64,000 bases of DNA from Alphaproteobacteria bacterium (GTDB lineage: Bacteria > Pseudomonadota > Alphaproteobacteria > SP197), in NCBI GenBank assembly GCA_964291415.2, contig OZ219920.1, forward strand, positions 768,001 through 832,000. Reading direction: 5' to 3'. This document shows positions 61,119-64,000 of this stretch, piece after piece (within the stretch, counting starts at the first letter, position 1; the number at the start of each line of letters is the position of its first letter). A model generated the notes under the pieces. That model was not told the origin of the DNA, did no database searches, and saw only the letters and a list, made by a program, of their open reading frames with translations. The translations under genes and the position numbers were made by a program.

Positions 61119-61897
61119 CGTCCCCTGAACTGCGGTGCCGTGCGCGCGGCAAACGCGGCCCGGCCGATGTCGTAGTCCTCGGTGGCGAAGCAGGCCATGG
61201 GTTCCTTTCGTTCCTCGTCGGTCAACGGCGCCGGATCGAGCAGACGGCGGGCGAACTTCTTGTGCCAGCGTGCCGAGAGCGGCGCGTTCGCGGCAATGCG
61301 CTCGGCGCAGGCATAGGTTTCCTTTTCCACTTCGTCGTCGGCGACGACGCGGTTGACGAGGCCGATGTCGAGCGCGCGCGCTGCCGAGAACTGCGAGGCT
61401 TCGAGAAGGATCTCGAGGGCATGGGCGTGACTGATCAGGCGTTTGAGCCTGTCGATGTCATCGTGCCCGTAGGTGATGCCGAGCCGTCCGGCGGGAATGG
61501 CGAAACGGGCACTCTCGCCGGCGATGCGCAGATCCGTGTCGGGGAGAAGGCCGAGGCTGCCGCCGATGCAGTAGCCCCTGATCATGGCTATGACGGGATG
61601 CCGGCAATTCGCCAGCCCCTGACCCCAGGCCTCCTCGTACTCGAACGCCTGTTCGGGATTGTCGCGCCGTTCGGAGAATTCGCTGATGTCGGCCCCCACA
61701 CCGAAGGCGCGCTCGCCGGCGCCGCGCAGCACCACGACGCGCACGGTGTCGTCCGCCGACAGCATGTCGAAGGCGTCCGACAGCCCGCGGGCCGTCACCG
61801 TGTCGATGGCATTGAGCTTTTCGGGACGATTGATGGTGACGGTGGCAATGAACCCCTGTCGCTCCACCAGAATACTCCCGGGAAGGTTGCCGTTCAT
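61115..61897 (-). CDS. Enoyl-CoA hydratase/isomerase family
   Basis: NRPEKLNA, AFGVGADI, IRGYCIGG, DLRIA, GLVNRVV. Confidence 0.9.
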   Translation of the reverse strand: MNGNLPGSILVERQGFIATVTINRPEKLNAIDTVTARGLSDAFDMLSADDTVRVVVLRGAGERAFGVGADISEFSERRDNPEQAFEYEEAWGQGLANCRHPVIAMIRGYCIGGSLGLLPDTDLRIAGESARFAIPAGRLGITYGHDDIDRLKRLISHAHALEILLEASQFSAARALDIGLVNRVVADDEVEKETYACAERIAANAPLSARWHKKFARRLLDPAPLTDEERKEPMACFATEDYDIGRAAFAARTAPQFRGR

Positions 61898-62022
61898 GTC
61901 GCCTCGTCTCGATGAGCACCGGGATGATCGTACCGCAACTGGCCCCGCCAGGTCAGGTCCTCCGGTCACAAGACCGGAAGGCCTGACTGTGGACGTTCAA
62001 GCTCACCAATCCCGGACGGCCC

Positions 62023-62413
62023 CTATCCAACCGCGGGCGTATCGACCCCGGCGGTCCGCGCCGCTGTGACCAGGGCCCGGTCCAGTGTGGCGAGCGGCAA
62101 ACGCATGCGCAGTGCGAGTTCAAGATAGGTCGCGTCATGCACACTGAGGTTGTGCCGGTCGGCGAGTGCGATCACCGTTTCCCAAACCCGGGACGTGGAC
62201 ACACCGGTTCAACCTCGATTGGCAGGGCTTCCAGGCCGGAGCAGATTTGCGGCCACTCATCTGCCCTGATGCGTCGGCGGCGAGTCGCGGCAAGCAGCAC
62301 GCTGGCGACTTCAATCGGCCAGAGGGACGGGACGAAAGCCCGATCGTCGATGAGAGAATCGCGCAACCGCTCGGTTGCGTCGGAGCCACCGAGCAATCGA
62401 GAACGAACGGCAT
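62023..62413 (-). pseudogene. VapC (PIN) toxin with two frameshifts
   Basis: MPFVLDCSV | SDATERLRDSLIDDRAFVPSLWPIEVASVL...EVEP | VWETVIALADRHNLSVHDATYLELALRMRLPLATLDRAL...VG*, three segments separated by two frame changes. Confidence 0.8.
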
Positions 62414-62676
62414 CAGTACCTGCGTGCCTCCTCGATGATCTGCCGCACCGAAATCCCACCGAGCGAATGGTTTTTCTGGAAGTGTTTCAAGGCATCGATC
62501 GCGGTCTGCACCTTGTCGGCATCCCGCGCACGGAATGGAATCAGTTCGGCCACGGGACGGTTGTGCCGGGTAATGACGAAACGTTCGCCCGCAGCCACGC
62601 GCTGAAGCAGTCGCGGCAAATGCGTCTTTGCCTCAAAGGCTCCGATCTCCGACACAGGATTTGCCTCCGACAGCAT
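62413..62676 (-). CDS. Phd/YefM family antitoxin
   Basis: EIGAFEAKTHLPRLLQRVAAGERFVITRHNRPVAELIP; stop overlaps the vapC start; start may be GTG 62655. Confidence 0.88.
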   Translation of the reverse strand: MLSEANPVSEIGAFEAKTHLPRLLQRVAAGERFVITRHNRPVAELIPFRARDADKVQTAIDALKHFQKNHSLGGISVRQIIEEARRY

Positions 62677-63023
62677 GTCCTGAAACAGACGAGTCGCAGT
62701 CAGGTTGATTCTGCGATGCACGTCAAGATCAGAGCGTTCCCCCGCCAATGCTCACCGCACCAGATTGCACTGGCGGCCTGTGTTCGCATCCGCTGCTCTC
62801 TCGAGTAAGGCGTCCTTCAGGCAGCTCACCGGTCTCATGACGACAGGGATCGCCATGCCGGTCCGGGCAATCCTCCCTTCAAGGGGGCGGTCCCGATCGG
62901 TACGGGCCGGCTCGTGCGTTCAAGGAATGGTTGTGCGGTGACGCAGAGCTGTCCGAACGCGATGCGTGGCGCGCGCCACCACAGCCGGGACTTTCCTGTG
63001 GCCGTCCTGTCTGATAGCCGCTA

Positions 63024-63043
63024 TCATGTGACTAGTTTCATGA
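63024..63043. promoter_or_regulatory. Palindromic operator upstream of the third phd
   Basis: TCATGTGACTAGTTTCATGA, 16/20 self-complementary, 15 nt before the ATG. Confidence 0.5.
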
Positions 63044-63292
<249 letters not shown>

Positions 63293-63310
63293 CATTGCCG
63301 GTCGGCTCGA

Positions 63311-63628
63311 ATGCTCTATTTCGACACCAGTTTCCTCGTCCCACTCATCCTCCCGCTGCCCGAACCGGTTGCCACTTTTCTTGAACTGCGGAGGATCTGG
63401 CGGTCAGCCATTGGACCCGGGTGAATCGCTGCTGCCCGCCGTGCAATCTTTCACGGCGGCGCACAAGGCGGTGCGGTTCCGATGGTCGAGGAGTCCTCGG
63501 TGATCGAGCCGCGAACGCCCCGTCTGAGGGCCGGGGCCGCAGTTGCTGCAGGCGGAAGCCCGGGAAGGGCGGGAAAGACGCTGGGTGTGCCGACAAGCCC
63601 GGGGATTCTCCTCCCGGACTAGCGATTG
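63311..63628 (+). pseudogene. Deletion-riddled first copy of vapC (tandem duplicate)
   Basis: Begins ATGCTCTATTTCGACACCAGTTTCCTCGTCCCACTCATCCTCCC exactly as at 63667, then matches in blocks separated by small deletions. Confidence 0.75.
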
Positions 63629-63666
63629 ACGGCATTCTCGCCGTGTGGGAACCGATCGGCCCTCGA

Positions 63667-64000
63667 ATGCTCTATTTCGACACCAGTTTCCTCGTCCCAC
63701 TCATCCTCCCGGAAGCTGCCAGCGAACCGGTTGCCACTTTTCTTGAAGGCGTGCCTGCGGAGGATCTGGCGGTCAGCCATTGGACCCGGGTCGAGTTCGC
63801 ATCGCTGCTTGCCCGCGAGGTTCGCATGGGCAATCTGGATGTCACGGCGGCGCACAAGGCGAGTGCGAGGTTCGAAACGATGGTCGAGGAGTCATTTGTC
63901 ACATTGTTGCCGAACCGCGACGACTTTGATCGAGCCGCGGAATGGCTTGGCCGTTTCGCGACCGGTCTGAGGGCCGGGGACGCATTGCATCTCGCCATTG
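63667..64000 (+). CDS. VapC (PIN) toxin, open to the window end
   Basis: MLYFDTSFLVPLIL...SHWTRVEFASLL...GLRAGDALHLAI. Confidence 0.85.
   Translation, partial: MLYFDTSFLVPLILPEAASEPVATFLEGVPAEDLAVSHWTRVEFASLLAREVRMGNLDVTAAHKASARFETMVEESFVTLLPNRDDFDRAAEWLGRFATGLRAGDALHLAI

Overview
GC-rich bacterial chromosomal segment, most likely from an alphaproteobacterium (Rhodospirillales-like). The evidence is the pdxH / 17-kDa antigen / fabI / aroC block and ccr with its divergent winged-helix neighbour. It is dense in transport and catabolic genes: a Liv-type ABC operon with an embedded acyl-CoA ligase, four orphan solute-binding proteins, an iodotyrosine-deiodinase-like nitroreductase, a P450/SDR pair, a hydantoinase/oxoprolinase A-B-racemase operon, a CoA-transferase/crotonase pair, a 2OG oxygenase and a molybdoenzyme. 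Toxin-antitoxin loci sit at both ends: hipBA on the left and three phd-vapC loci, mostly broken, on the right. Two loci stand out. (1) A ~7 kb island (24.6-31.7 kb) encodes a ~1,700-codon SwmB/Ig-repeat autotransporter, split by five frameshifts, followed directly by a TbpB-barrel-like lipoprotein and flanked by a decayed serine recombinase. (2) A LysR-controlled HpaB-like monooxygenase / RidA / DUF1028 operon faces a class III aminotransferase and resembles a variant of the Pseudomonas hin histamine/imidazoleacetate pathway with a different oxygenase family. Several genes are frameshifted while the housekeeping genes are intact, so consensus errors and real decay cannot be separated without reads. 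I saw no tRNA, rRNA or CRISPR array. All family assignments come from motif recognition, not database searches.
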